DNA from: Brevundimonas sp.
GTDB lineage: Bacteria > Pseudomonadota > Alphaproteobacteria > Caulobacterales > Caulobacteraceae
Reading direction: 5' to 3'
Assembly: GCF_036405315.1 (NCBI RefSeq)
Contig: NZ_DASWXW010000016.1
Span: 5,134-69,133, forward strand
DNA: 64,000 bases
Part shown: positions 36,352-44,053 of the stretch, piece by piece
Layout of the letters: the number at the start of each line of letters is the position of its first letter
How positions within the stretch are numbered: the stretch's first letter is position 1
Notes under the pieces: generated by a model
The model's input: only the letters and a program-made list of their open reading frames with translations
Told to the model about the DNA's origin: nothing
Database searches by the model: none
Program-made: the position numbers and the translations under genes

Positions 36352-36611
36352 CAGACCAGGGCCCACCAGAAGCAGGCGGCGAGGCCGAGGCAGGTCCCCG
36401 CCTGCCAGGTGATGACGAAGGCCCTGCCGGCGCGGCCGGCGGCGGACTTGGCGGCGGCTTCGCGGCGCTCCTGACGCTGGGCCTCGGCGGCCTGACGCAG
36501 GATCAGGTTGCACTCGCGCTCAGCGCGCCGGTCGCGAACAGCTTGCCAGTTCGGATGGAAGCCGATGCCCAGCGGATGCGGGCGCATGTCGATGTAGGCG
36601 TCTTGGGCCAC
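36351..36611 (-). CDS. First gene of PL operon, C-terminal TM
   Basis: GTG start with GGGGGAG RBS; coiled coil plus TM. Confidence 0.55.
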   Translation of the reverse strand: MAQDAYIDMRPHPLGIGFHPNWQAVRDRRAERECNLILRQAAEAQRQERREAAAKSAAGRAGRAFVITWQAGTCLGLAACFWWALV

Positions 36612-36641
36612 GAACGTCTCCCCCTTTGATGTTGAGAGATG

Positions 36642-36692
36642 GTTCACATCATTTGAACTGAACGTCAAGAGATTAGTTCACACCTTTTGAAC
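36642..36692. promoter_or_regulatory. OL operators and leftward promoter
   Basis: GTTCA-N7-TGAAC at 36642-36658 and 36676-36692; TTGACG on minus strand at 36663-36668. Confidence 0.8.
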
Positions 36693-36772
36693 TAACGACC
36701 GAGACTGACGCATCGCCCCTCGACACCGCCCGATAGGTCAGCGATCAGTGTGCGTTAACTTCTGAGGGCGGG

Positions 36773-37018
36773 ATGCGAAGGGATCGGACTTACCACGTGG
36801 CGCAGTTCAAGCGTCGCCGAGGCAAACTGGCCGAAGGCGATCTGCTGACCTTCCCAGACGAGGCGGCGGCCTTTCGCCAGGGCAAAGCGATGATGGGTCG
36901 CGTAGACGGCCTGGTCTTCTTCAAGATTGAGTGCGGCGAGGAAGGGGACATCTGGAGCGCTGTCGAAACGCTGGCGACAGTAGGAGACGTCCCGCAGGAA
37001 GCCGAGGATGCCGCCTGA
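36773..37018 (+). CDS. Phage hypothetical protein
   Basis: RBS GAGGG; 81 aa. Confidence 0.65.
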   Translation: MRRDRTYHVAQFKRRRGKLAEGDLLTFPDEAAAFRQGKAMMGRVDGLVFFKIECGEEGDIWSAVETLATVGDVPQEAEDAA

Positions 37019-37055
37019 GGTTCACAGGAATTCGTTCCTATGGCAGCATGCCACT

Positions 37056-37304
37056 ATGACCGAAGCCGAAGCCAGAGAGATTGTTGAGCGCTACGAAGCG
37101 CTTTTGGCTGCTGCGCTCGGCCGTCTGCCCTACCCGCTTGAGGATGGCGATGTCCCGCGCCTTGTCATAATGCGCGATGATACCGTCGGCCTTGAGGTCA
37201 TCAGCGCCGACTCCATGGAAAACGACGACGGAAACCCTTGCGGAGGGATGCTCAGCTCGAGCTATTTCCCGGCGCGCTTCGACGCCCCTTCTTCGCGACC
37301 TTAG
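37056..37304 (+). CDS. Low-GC hypothetical protein (moron)
   Basis: MTEAEAREIV..; convergent overlap with next gene. Confidence 0.45.
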   Translation: MTEAEAREIVERYEALLAAALGRLPYPLEDGDVPRLVIMRDDTVGLEVISADSMENDDGNPCGGMLSSSYFPARFDAPSSRP

Positions 37305-37911
37305 CTTTAGTCGCACCCTGGGCGGCCTGACCCAGCCGGCGGCTTTGAAGGCGTGGCTTTCGAACATACGGCCGTGGTCGGCCGGTTGGCCGCATCGCCA
37401 TGCCAATGCCTCGGATGTAGTCGGCGATAGCGTAAAGATCACCGACGAGCGCGTCAGCGTCGTCCATCCATGGATCGCTCTCATGGCGATTGATCTTCTT
37501 GATGTCCGTCGTGAAATAATCGGGAGTGATCGTGTCGCCCCAGTCTCGAAGATAGACGTGTGCGGCAAACTTCCTCTGTTCATTCGCGCTGTCGAGCTGA
37601 TCAAGCGACCAGATGAGGGCCGAGTGGAGCGTCTTCTTGTGATCGATCGCCGCAGCTCCCGCCCGAACCGCCTTACGGCGCATGTCGTCGGACTGGAGCG
37701 CCAGCCAGAGGTTGCGGGCCACGACGGTGTCGCCGTCCACGACCATCCACTGAAACACGTCGAAGAGGCTTCCATGCGCCTCATTCCAGGCCATCAGAAG
37801 AGAACCGATAGCCATCGCGTTCTTCTTGACGATCGGGCGTAGGTGCGGCCTCGGCCTTCTGGCGGCCGTCCACGGCGGCAGCTTCACGGCCGCTGGATCA
37901 ACATTGCCCAC
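37252..37911 (-). CDS. Hypothetical protein downstream of cI, HEPN-like
   Basis: AIGSLLMAWNEAH helix and R-x4-H (RKFAAH); RBS GGAGAGG. Confidence 0.5.
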   Translation of the reverse strand: MGNVDPAAVKLPPWTAARRPRPHLRPIVKKNAMAIGSLLMAWNEAHGSLFDVFQWMVVDGDTVVARNLWLALQSDDMRRKAVRAGAAAIDHKKTLHSALIWSLDQLDSANEQRKFAAHVYLRDWGDTITPDYFTTDIKKINRHESDPWMDDADALVGDLYAIADYIRGIGMAMRPTGRPRPYVRKPRLQSRRLGQAAQGATKAKVAKKGRRSAPGNSSS

Positions 37912-37953
37912 TTACCTCTCCCCCGAGGTCATTCGACATTCACCAGTGAATGT

Positions 37954-38280
37954 TTATGCGGCGCGGCCGGTCGGCTTTTTGCTCTCAGCCGTCGCCTTTA
38001 CGACTGGCACTGCTTCTTCTTTTGCCACCTCGCGCACAGCGGCCTCTAGGCGCCGGATACGCATAGCCTCCTCTGGATGCATCAGAAGCTCGTGCGGCCG
38101 GATATTCAGCAGCTCGGAAATGGCCTGGATGTGATCACGCCGGAACGGCTGGAGGCCGTGCCACAAGCGGTTCGCCGTGTTCTTCGGATAGTCCAGCTTC
38201 GTGACAAGGTCATGCTGCTTCAGGCCCGCCGTGGCGAACCACTCGTGCAAATACCAGTCGGGGCCATCGGGCTGTTCCAT
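37954..38280 (-). CDS. CI-like XRE repressor without S24 peptidase domain
   Basis: YLHEW..GLKQHDL..ANRLW..ISELLNIRPHELL; divergent from cro; 108 aa. Confidence 0.78.
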   Translation of the reverse strand: MEQPDGPDWYLHEWFATAGLKQHDLVTKLDYPKNTANRLWHGLQPFRRDHIQAISELLNIRPHELLMHPEEAMRIRRLEAAVREVAKEEAVPVVKATAESKKPTGRAA

Positions 38281-38366
38281 GTTCACATGATGCGAACTTC
38301 TCCACAGGAAGTCGCCCGCCACCATGTGAACATGTGAGATTGACGAGAGGTTCAAACTATGTGAAC
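38281..38366. promoter_or_regulatory. OR operators and PR
   Basis: GTTCA-N7-TGAAC at 38350-38366, GTTCA-N7-CGAAC at 38281-38297, half-site 38327-38331; TTGACG at 38340. Confidence 0.8.
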
Positions 38367-38374
38367 CTCTCTGC

Positions 38375-38647
38375 ATGACATTCGCTCAGCATCGCGCAGC
38401 CCTCGGCCTCTCGCTTGAGCAGTGCGCCGTGGCCCTCGGCCTCAGCCCTTCAAGCAAGGGCTGGCTCTCCGAAATCGAGAACGGGAAGCGCGACGCCTCT
38501 CTTCGACTGGCGCTCAGGATCGAGCGCTGGAGCAAGGGCGAGGTGAAGGCGGCCTCGGTCTGCGCCGAACTTCGCGCGGCAAACGACGGAGCCGCCGACG
38601 AAGACCCCGGGGCCGAAGACCCCGAAGCCCGACAGCGAGCGGCCTGA
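38375..38647 (+). CDS. Cro-like HTH protein
   Basis: LGLSLEQCAVALG..WLSEIENGKRDASLRLALRIE. Confidence 0.8.
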   Translation: MTFAQHRAALGLSLEQCAVALGLSPSSKGWLSEIENGKRDASLRLALRIERWSKGEVKAASVCAELRAANDGAADEDPGAEDPEARQRAA

Positions 38648-38649
38648 CC

Positions 38650-38955
38650 ATGGCGGGGGGCAACATCAAGGGGACGAGGCCGACGCGGTCGGTGGTCGAC
38701 ATCCTGATCAGCACGATCCGGTCGCAGGCCGAGGCGACGCTGGCGCTGGAAAGCCTGCTGGCTGACCGAGCGGACGAGTTCACCATCGCGCGGGCGAGGC
38801 GGATCGTTCTCGACACCGCCCTGACAGCTCAGTCGACAGCCGACGGCGCCGAGCGCCTGCAACGCGCCGCGCTGGCTGGACTGCCGCCCTCCATGACCGT
38901 CGCCAACACCGACCACCCTTCACCTCCCGATGAGCCGCCACCTCGGGCGGCCTGA
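38650..38955 (+). CDS. Phage hypothetical protein
   Basis: ATG 2 nt after cro stop. Confidence 0.55.
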   Translation: MAGGNIKGTRPTRSVVDILISTIRSQAEATLALESLLADRADEFTIARARRIVLDTALTAQSTADGAERLQRAALAGLPPSMTVANTDHPSPPDEPPPRAA

Positions 38956-39015
38956 CCCTTTGACCGTATGGCCGGGCTTCCCGGTCGTCACCTTGCCCCA
39001 GACCGGAACTTCGCA

Positions 39016-39456
39016 ATGCGCGAGCTGAACCCCACCCACATCAAGGCCCTGTTCGACCAACTGGTCGCGGCGGTCGGCACCCAGGACGCAGCGGCGGTGT
39101 TCCTGGGCATCAGCCGCCAGCGCGTAGGCCAACTGATCAGCACGACCAACAACGACCTGCCCACGGTGATGCAGATCGCCAAGCTGGAGCAGGTCTGCGG
39201 TCAGTCGCTCGTCTTTGGCACGCTAGCGCGTGAAGTCGAGGGCGACCCCGCGGCGGACACCCTTGCTGCGGCCGTCCTGTCCACTGCCGCGAGTTCAGCC
39301 GCCCTGACAGCCATCCACGCCGCGAAGGCCGATGGGATCATCGATCCGCTTGAGGATGAGGCGATCAAGGACCGGGCGCGGGAGAACCTTGAGGCCGCGC
39401 AGCGCCAGTACGACGCCGCCATGAACATCCGGCCGACGCTTCGGGTGGTGGCCTGA
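39016..39456 (+). CDS. CII-like regulator
   Basis: DAAAVFLGISRQRVGQL HTH; position after cro. Confidence 0.6.
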   Translation: MRELNPTHIKALFDQLVAAVGTQDAAAVFLGISRQRVGQLISTTNNDLPTVMQIAKLEQVCGQSLVFGTLAREVEGDPAADTLAAAVLSTAASSAALTAIHAAKADGIIDPLEDEAIKDRARENLEAAQRQYDAAMNIRPTLRVVA

Positions 39457-39629
39457 TGCGAACGATCCTCGCAGGCATTGCCTTGTTGACCATCGCCCCG
39501 GCCGTGGCCGGTCGGATGGCTCGGATCTTCCTCGACTCGATGGAGGGGCCGCCGCCGCCCAGCGTCTTCGTTGCGCTGGTCCTGCTGGCGCTCGCGGCCT
39601 TCTGGCCCCGGCGAAAGGACGCCGCCTGA
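39456..39629 (+). CDS. Small 2-TM phage protein, 57 aa
   Basis: TGATG overlaps. Confidence 0.55.
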   Translation: MRTILAGIALLTIAPAVAGRMARIFLDSMEGPPPPSVFVALVLLALAAFWPRRKDAA

Positions 39630-39844
39630 TGGGCTCGTTCCTCGCACGTCTTCACGCCGCCGTTCTGGCCCTGACCGGCAAAGACAGCCTCCTGCGCGGC
39701 CAGCCCGACCCGTTCGCCACGGTTCAGGGTGTCTTCGACGCCCTCGAGCAGCGCGCGACTGAGCGCCGCGACATGACCGCTGTCGGAAAGCTGAAGGCTG
39801 CCCGCAACATCGTGACCAACGAGTGCCTGCGAGGTGCCCGATGA
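39629..39844 (+). CDS. Phage hypothetical protein
   Basis: Coupled ORF. Confidence 0.55.
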   Translation: MGSFLARLHAAVLALTGKDSLLRGQPDPFATVQGVFDALEQRATERRDMTAVGKLKAARNIVTNECLRGAR

Positions 39845-40215
39845 CAGTCGCCACCAATCGCGCCAACACCACCAACACCGGCGCCTTCGCCACGTCCCGG
39901 CGAGGCGGCCTGACGCCGCAAGAGGTCCAGATGGCCCGCCAAATGCGGTCCAAGGGTCGGGGTTGGCAGACCATCGCCAACGTCATGGGGCGTTGTCGTG
40001 AAGACCTGCAGGGCCTGGAAGCCTCCAACGACGAAGGCTTGCCGGTCGGCGGTCCGCGTCCACGCCCTTTCGCCTGGACGGAAGAGAAACTGGCCGAGTC
40101 GGAGCGCCTGTACCTGGAGGGGTTCGGCGCCAACACCATCGCGACAGCGGTCGATTGCGACCTGAGGACGGCGGAGGCTCGGTACAGCCTGCTTCGCCGG
40201 AAGGTGAAGCGATGA
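39841..40215 (+). CDS. Phage tandem-HTH protein
   Basis: GRGWQTIANVMG and GFGANTIATAVDC helices. Confidence 0.55.
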   Translation: MTVATNRANTTNTGAFATSRRGGLTPQEVQMARQMRSKGRGWQTIANVMGRCREDLQGLEASNDEGLPVGGPRPRPFAWTEEKLAESERLYLEGFGANTIATAVDCDLRTAEARYSLLRRKVKR

Positions 40216-40634
40216 TGCACATCAACCGTATCTCGGCCCGCTCGGTGATCGAGCACGTCGGGGCCAGGCATGGTCTGGACTTCGCGGTCATGGCGGGGGT
40301 CAACCGCGCCTACCGGATAGCCCGCCCCCGTCAGGTGGCGATGTATTGCGCGCACACGCTGTGCCCGCATGTCAGCTCGGCGATGATCGGCAGGCTGCTG
40401 GGCGGGCGTGACCACACGACCATTCTGCACGGCATCCGAAAGATCGAGAGCCTGCTGCCGGTCGATGACGCGATCCGCGCAGAGGTGGCCGAGGTCGTGG
40501 CTCATTTCCGGCTGAGCAGCACCGAGCCGCGCGACCTGATGCTGTCGGCGCAAATCGACGCCGCGTCGAAGCATCTGGAAGCCCTGATCAACGAAGCCCG
40601 CGTGCGGGTGGATAGGGCGAGGCTGGCGGCATGA
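40212..40634 (+). CDS. DnaA C-terminal (Bac_DnaA_C)-like DNA-binding protein
   Basis: ARPRQVAMY..IGRLLGGRDHTTILHGIRKI. Confidence 0.82.
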   Translation: MMHINRISARSVIEHVGARHGLDFAVMAGVNRAYRIARPRQVAMYCAHTLCPHVSSAMIGRLLGGRDHTTILHGIRKIESLLPVDDAIRAEVAEVVAHFRLSSTEPRDLMLSAQIDAASKHLEALINEARVRVDRARLAA

Positions 40635-41536
40635 GCGTTCAGGCCATCACATGGGCTCTGGAGCAGACGTGCGCGACGGCGACCGAGAAGGCCGTGCTGC
40701 TGGTCGTGGCCAACTACGTGGGGCCTGACGGCACGACGTTCGTGGGTCAGGAGACCATTTCGGAACAGGCGTGCTGCTCGATCAAGACGGTCGAGCGGTC
40801 GCTCGCGGCCTTCGAAAAGGCGGGCTGGATTGAGCGTGAACGTCGCCACCGGAAGGACGGTTCGCGGACGTCGGATCTGATCATCTCGAAGGGTCCGAAA
40901 CACCCTGAACGGAGGGAGAACGACCAAACCGACAATAAGTCGGGTAGGCGCGCGCCTAACAGACACCCTGTCCAAACCAAACAGACATCCTGTCCAAACC
41001 TACCCGACACAGTGTCGGGGCCCACTTCGTTTGAACCGTTAGAGGAACCGTTAGGGGAAGATGCTGTTGCTGCGCGCGAGCCGGCGAACGATCCGGTCCC
41101 GGTGGCTCAGGTCGTCGAGACGGTGGTCAGCGACTGGCCCGAGGGCGACGCCCGCCATCACGCTGAGCTGCTGAGCCGGGCCGCCAAGACGATCCGCCTC
41201 GACCCATCCCGCCAGCCCGGCCTGACCACGACGCTGGGCCGCCTGGCCGCCTGGCGCCGAGACGGGGCGAGCTGGGAACACGACGTCCTGCCCGTAGTCA
41301 CCACCATCGCCGCCAAGCCCGGCCAGCCGATCTCGTCGTGGAAGTTCTTCGACGCCCCCATCGCCCAGTCCATCGCCGACAACCGCCAAGCCCTGAACAT
41401 TCCTGAGGCCCGCCATGCAGCCCCTTCCGATGTCCGCCGCACCGATCGCCACGTCGCCGTCCTCGACAACTACGACCGCCACTGGTCCGGCGCTGAGCAG
41501 GGCGCTGAGTTGCTGGCTGCTCGACGAAACCTCTGA
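40631..41536 (+). CDS. Phage replication initiator (HTH_36, lambda O-like)
   Basis: MSVQAITWA..KAVLLVVANY..QETISEQ..KTVERSL; contains iterons. Confidence 0.8.
   Translation: MSVQAITWALEQTCATATEKAVLLVVANYVGPDGTTFVGQETISEQACCSIKTVERSLAAFEKAGWIERERRHRKDGSRTSDLIISKGPKHPERRENDQTDNKSGRRAPNRHPVQTKQTSCPNLPDTVSGPTSFEPLEEPLGEDAVAAREPANDPVPVAQVVETVVSDWPEGDARHHAELLSRAAKTIRLDPSRQPGLTTTLGRLAAWRRDGASWEHDVLPVVTTIAAKPGQPISSWKFFDAPIAQSIADNRQALNIPEARHAAPSDVRRTDRHVAVLDNYDRHWSGAEQGAELLAARRNL
40929..41054 (+). repeat. Replication origin iterons
   Basis: Four GACA-N3-(T/A)GTC units at 40931, 40962, 40984, 41006; 21-bp near-identical direct repeat; GAACCGTTAG x2. Confidence 0.75.
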
Positions 41537-42179
41537 CGCCAAGGCCATCGAGGTCATCGCCAAGAGCGACCTGCTGCGGAGCGAGGCGACGATGGCCATG
41601 CCAGCGCTGCGCGCGGCAGCCTTGCGCCCGGCGAGCCCGGACGAGATCCGCGCCATCATCGGTTCGCGGTTCCCGACCTATCCGCAGCCCAAGCGCACCG
41701 AGGGCGAGGCAGCGGCGTTCTGGGCGGACTACTTCGACGCGCTGGAGGGCCTGACCCCGGCGATGATCGAGGCGGGCATGGCTGCGCACGTGAAGGACCC
41801 CAAGGCCGAGTTCCTGCCGAAGCCCGGCCGCCTGGCCGAACTGGCGAAGACCACGCCGACGACCGGCCGCTTCACCCGGGCCTATAACCGCGCCCGCTCT
41901 GCGGTGGTCGCCAACCAGAAGGCGGCAGAGCCCAAGCCGGCGGTCGAGGAGCGCCCTTCGCCTGAGGAGGTGAAGGCCATGGTCGCCGAGACGCTGGCCG
42001 CCCTGGCCGAGACACCGACAGCGAAGGCGCTGGCGGCGCGGAAGCAGGCGATGAAGCCGACGCCGTCCGCGCCGCTGCCCGCCGGCAGCCACATGAGCGC
42101 GGAGATGCGCGCCAAGCTGGAGACCCGCAAGGCGATCCAGCCCCGATACGACCTCGACCAGTATGGAGAAGCCGCATGA
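41415..42179 (+). CDS. Replication accessory protein (P-like/helicase loader-like)
   Basis: WADYFDALEGL..EFLPKPGRL; follows the initiator. Confidence 0.55.
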   Translation: MQPLPMSAAPIATSPSSTTTTATGPALSRALSCWLLDETSDAKAIEVIAKSDLLRSEATMAMPALRAAALRPASPDEIRAIIGSRFPTYPQPKRTEGEAAAFWADYFDALEGLTPAMIEAGMAAHVKDPKAEFLPKPGRLAELAKTTPTTGRFTRAYNRARSAVVANQKAAEPKPAVEERPSPEEVKAMVAETLAALAETPTAKALAARKQAMKPTPSAPLPAGSHMSAEMRAKLETRKAIQPRYDLDQYGEAA

Positions 42180-42760
42180 GCCGGAAGAAGAAGCCTTATG
42201 ATCCGGCCGCAGCCGCACGGCATCGCCAGGAGCGCGCCGAGAGCCAAGCTGAGATAGCGCGTCTGCGGGCCCAGCCCAGCACGGCAGTCAACGTGGATAA
42301 GCGGACGGGCCGCCTGACGGGCGCCTGGCGGCTGAACTGCTTCAACACTTTGCTCACGGCCGGGGCCCGCGAACGGGAGGCGATCGACTGGCTCGAAGAG
42401 ACGGTGCGGACCGCAAACGGCGAGAACGTCGAGGAGCGCCGGCCTGATCATGTCCGCTCCAGCGGCGCAGGCGCACCGGGGCAGAACATCACCGACGCTA
42501 TGGTCGCCGCCAGCCGAGACCTTGAGATCGTGGGCCAGTCGATGCGCCCCGACCAGTGGCGTATGATCCTGGCATTGCTGCAGCCGGACGCTGATCTGAT
42601 GACGCGTTGGCGGGCGGTGGTGGAACGCTACACCGCTGAGAGCGATCCGCGCGCACAAGCTTCCCGCGTCCGAGAAACCTGCGCGCATCTGGCTTGGGTG
42701 TGGGATCGGATGCCCACCCTTCGCCGCGAGTTTCAGGAGCGGCGCGCACAAGCCGCATAG
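42176..42760 (+). CDS. Hypothetical protein in the late-activator (Q) position
   Basis: Last early gene before terminator and packaging genes. Confidence 0.55.
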   Translation: MSRKKKPYDPAAAARHRQERAESQAEIARLRAQPSTAVNVDKRTGRLTGAWRLNCFNTLLTAGAREREAIDWLEETVRTANGENVEERRPDHVRSSGAGAPGQNITDAMVAASRDLEIVGQSMRPDQWRMILALLQPDADLMTRWRAVVERYTAESDPRAQASRVRETCAHLAWVWDRMPTLRREFQERRAQAA

Positions 42761-42824
42761 GGGGCTTTTCAACGCCACCATATGTGGTACAAAAGGCCAA
42801 GGTCGCTTCGCGCGTCCACAAGAT

Positions 42825-42858
42825 AGGCCCATCGGGAAACCGGCGGGCCTTTTCTTTT
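42825..42858 (+). terminator. Rho-independent terminator (tR'-like)
   Basis: AGGCCC-ATCGG-GAAA-CCGGC-GGGCCT-TTTCTTTT. Confidence 0.75.
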
Positions 42859-42905
42859 ACCCGCATAGTTCAGATAGTCACCTTATCTGAAGCGGGGTTC
42901 GCAGC

Positions 42906-43076
42906 ATGATCAGGCTTTCTCGCCCCGGCGATATGTTTTGCATCGGCGCGCTTGCGGCTGCCGGCGCGCTACATTTCGACGTGCCTGGGTGGATCATTTT
43001 TGTGGTCGCCCTGGCTGCAGGTTGGGCATTGAACGAGGAAGAGCGACGCCTATCGGAGCGGCGATCCCGTCAATAG
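42906..43076 (+). CDS. Small membrane protein, 56 aa
   Basis: MIRLSRPGDMFCIG..WALNEEERR. Confidence 0.45.
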   Translation: MIRLSRPGDMFCIGALAAAGALHFDVPGWIIFVVALAAGWALNEEERRLSERRSRQ

Positions 43077-43156
43077 GTTCGGTCTCTTCGCCGATCGCTT
43101 TCATGCCAACCAAACCGACTCGGACGCGAGCTGGTCGGATGAGATTGGATGACAGC

Positions 43157-43489
43157 ATGGCCCGCCGACCTGACCACATCTCGGCCATTGGTACTCAGCG
43201 CCTGCGAGGACGCCGAGGTGTCGAGCAGCGCAAGCGCCGCCTTGCTGCCGAGCCCTTGTGCAGGGACTGCCTTGTCAAAGGCGTCGTCACCGCCTCGACC
43301 GTGCCTGACCACATCAAGCCGCTGAGCCAAGGCGGACCAGACACGGACGACAACATCCGCTGCCTCTGCGCGGATTGTCACACCATCAGGACCAGGGAGC
43401 AGTTTGGTCAGCGGCAAGCCAGTCCAGTCAGCATTTCGGGTCGACCACTCGACCCGGCGCACCCCTGGAACCGCGCCCGCCCCGCCTGA
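43157..43489 (+). CDS. HNH endonuclease (terminase-associated)
   Basis: PLCRDC, DHIKPL..GG..DNIRCLC..CH. Confidence 0.88.
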   Translation: MARRPDHISAIGTQRLRGRRGVEQRKRRLAAEPLCRDCLVKGVVTASTVPDHIKPLSQGGPDTDDNIRCLCADCHTIRTREQFGQRQASPVSISGRPLDPAHPWNRARPA

Positions 43490-43618
43490 CCGCACTGGGA
43501 GGGGGGAGTCAAAAGCTCCAGACCTTTCGGACGGACACCGGCGGCCTAGCTGCATTCGCACCGAGAGTAGTTTCGAACCTAAAAGTTGGGGGCTCCCCCC
43601 GTAGGGGGGAGATGCAGC

Positions 43619-44053
43619 ATGAACATAGTGCCGGGGACGGGCGACATCGTGCCGGAGCCGCACTGGCGCATGCTCCTGACCGACGATCTGGAGATCGAGG
43701 CCGCCGGTGATCACTGGCGGCGCATCGCCACGGAGATGAAGGAGCGGGACATCCTGTCGCCGTCGAACGGCCACGCCGTCCAGCGCCTCGTCCTGTCCTA
43801 CGTCATCTACGACCGCTGCTCTCGCGAGGTCGCCGAGAACGGCGCGGTGCTGAAACCGAAGCGCGGCAACCCGAAGGCCATCGCCCGACTGAGCCCGCAC
43901 TTTCAGGCCATGCGTGAAGCGGCGTCGGACGCCGCCGCGCTGGAGGCCGAACTGGGCTTGTCGCCGCGACGCCGCTCCGGCGCCGCGAAGATCGTGAAGA
44001 AAGCGAGGGCTGAGCGTGCCTCGGACTCGTATCTCCGGCCCGTCGCCAAGTGA
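43619..44053 (+). CDS. Terminase small subunit (P27 family)
   Basis: ELGLSPRRR; position before TerL. Confidence 0.82.
   Translation: MNIVPGTGDIVPEPHWRMLLTDDLEIEAAGDHWRRIATEMKERDILSPSNGHAVQRLVLSYVIYDRCSREVAENGAVLKPKRGNPKAIARLSPHFQAMREAASDAAALEAELGLSPRRRSGAAKIVKKARAERASDSYLRPVAK

Noticed and set aside
36642-38366. GTTC/GAAC motifs as LexA (SOS) boxes
   Set aside because: The alphaproteobacterial SOS box is the direct repeat GTTC-N7-GTTC. These are inverted repeats, and no N7 direct pair was found.
43490-43618. Exact cos sequence
   Set aside because: The position between HNH and terS fits a cos region, but the cohesive end cannot be defined from sequence alone.
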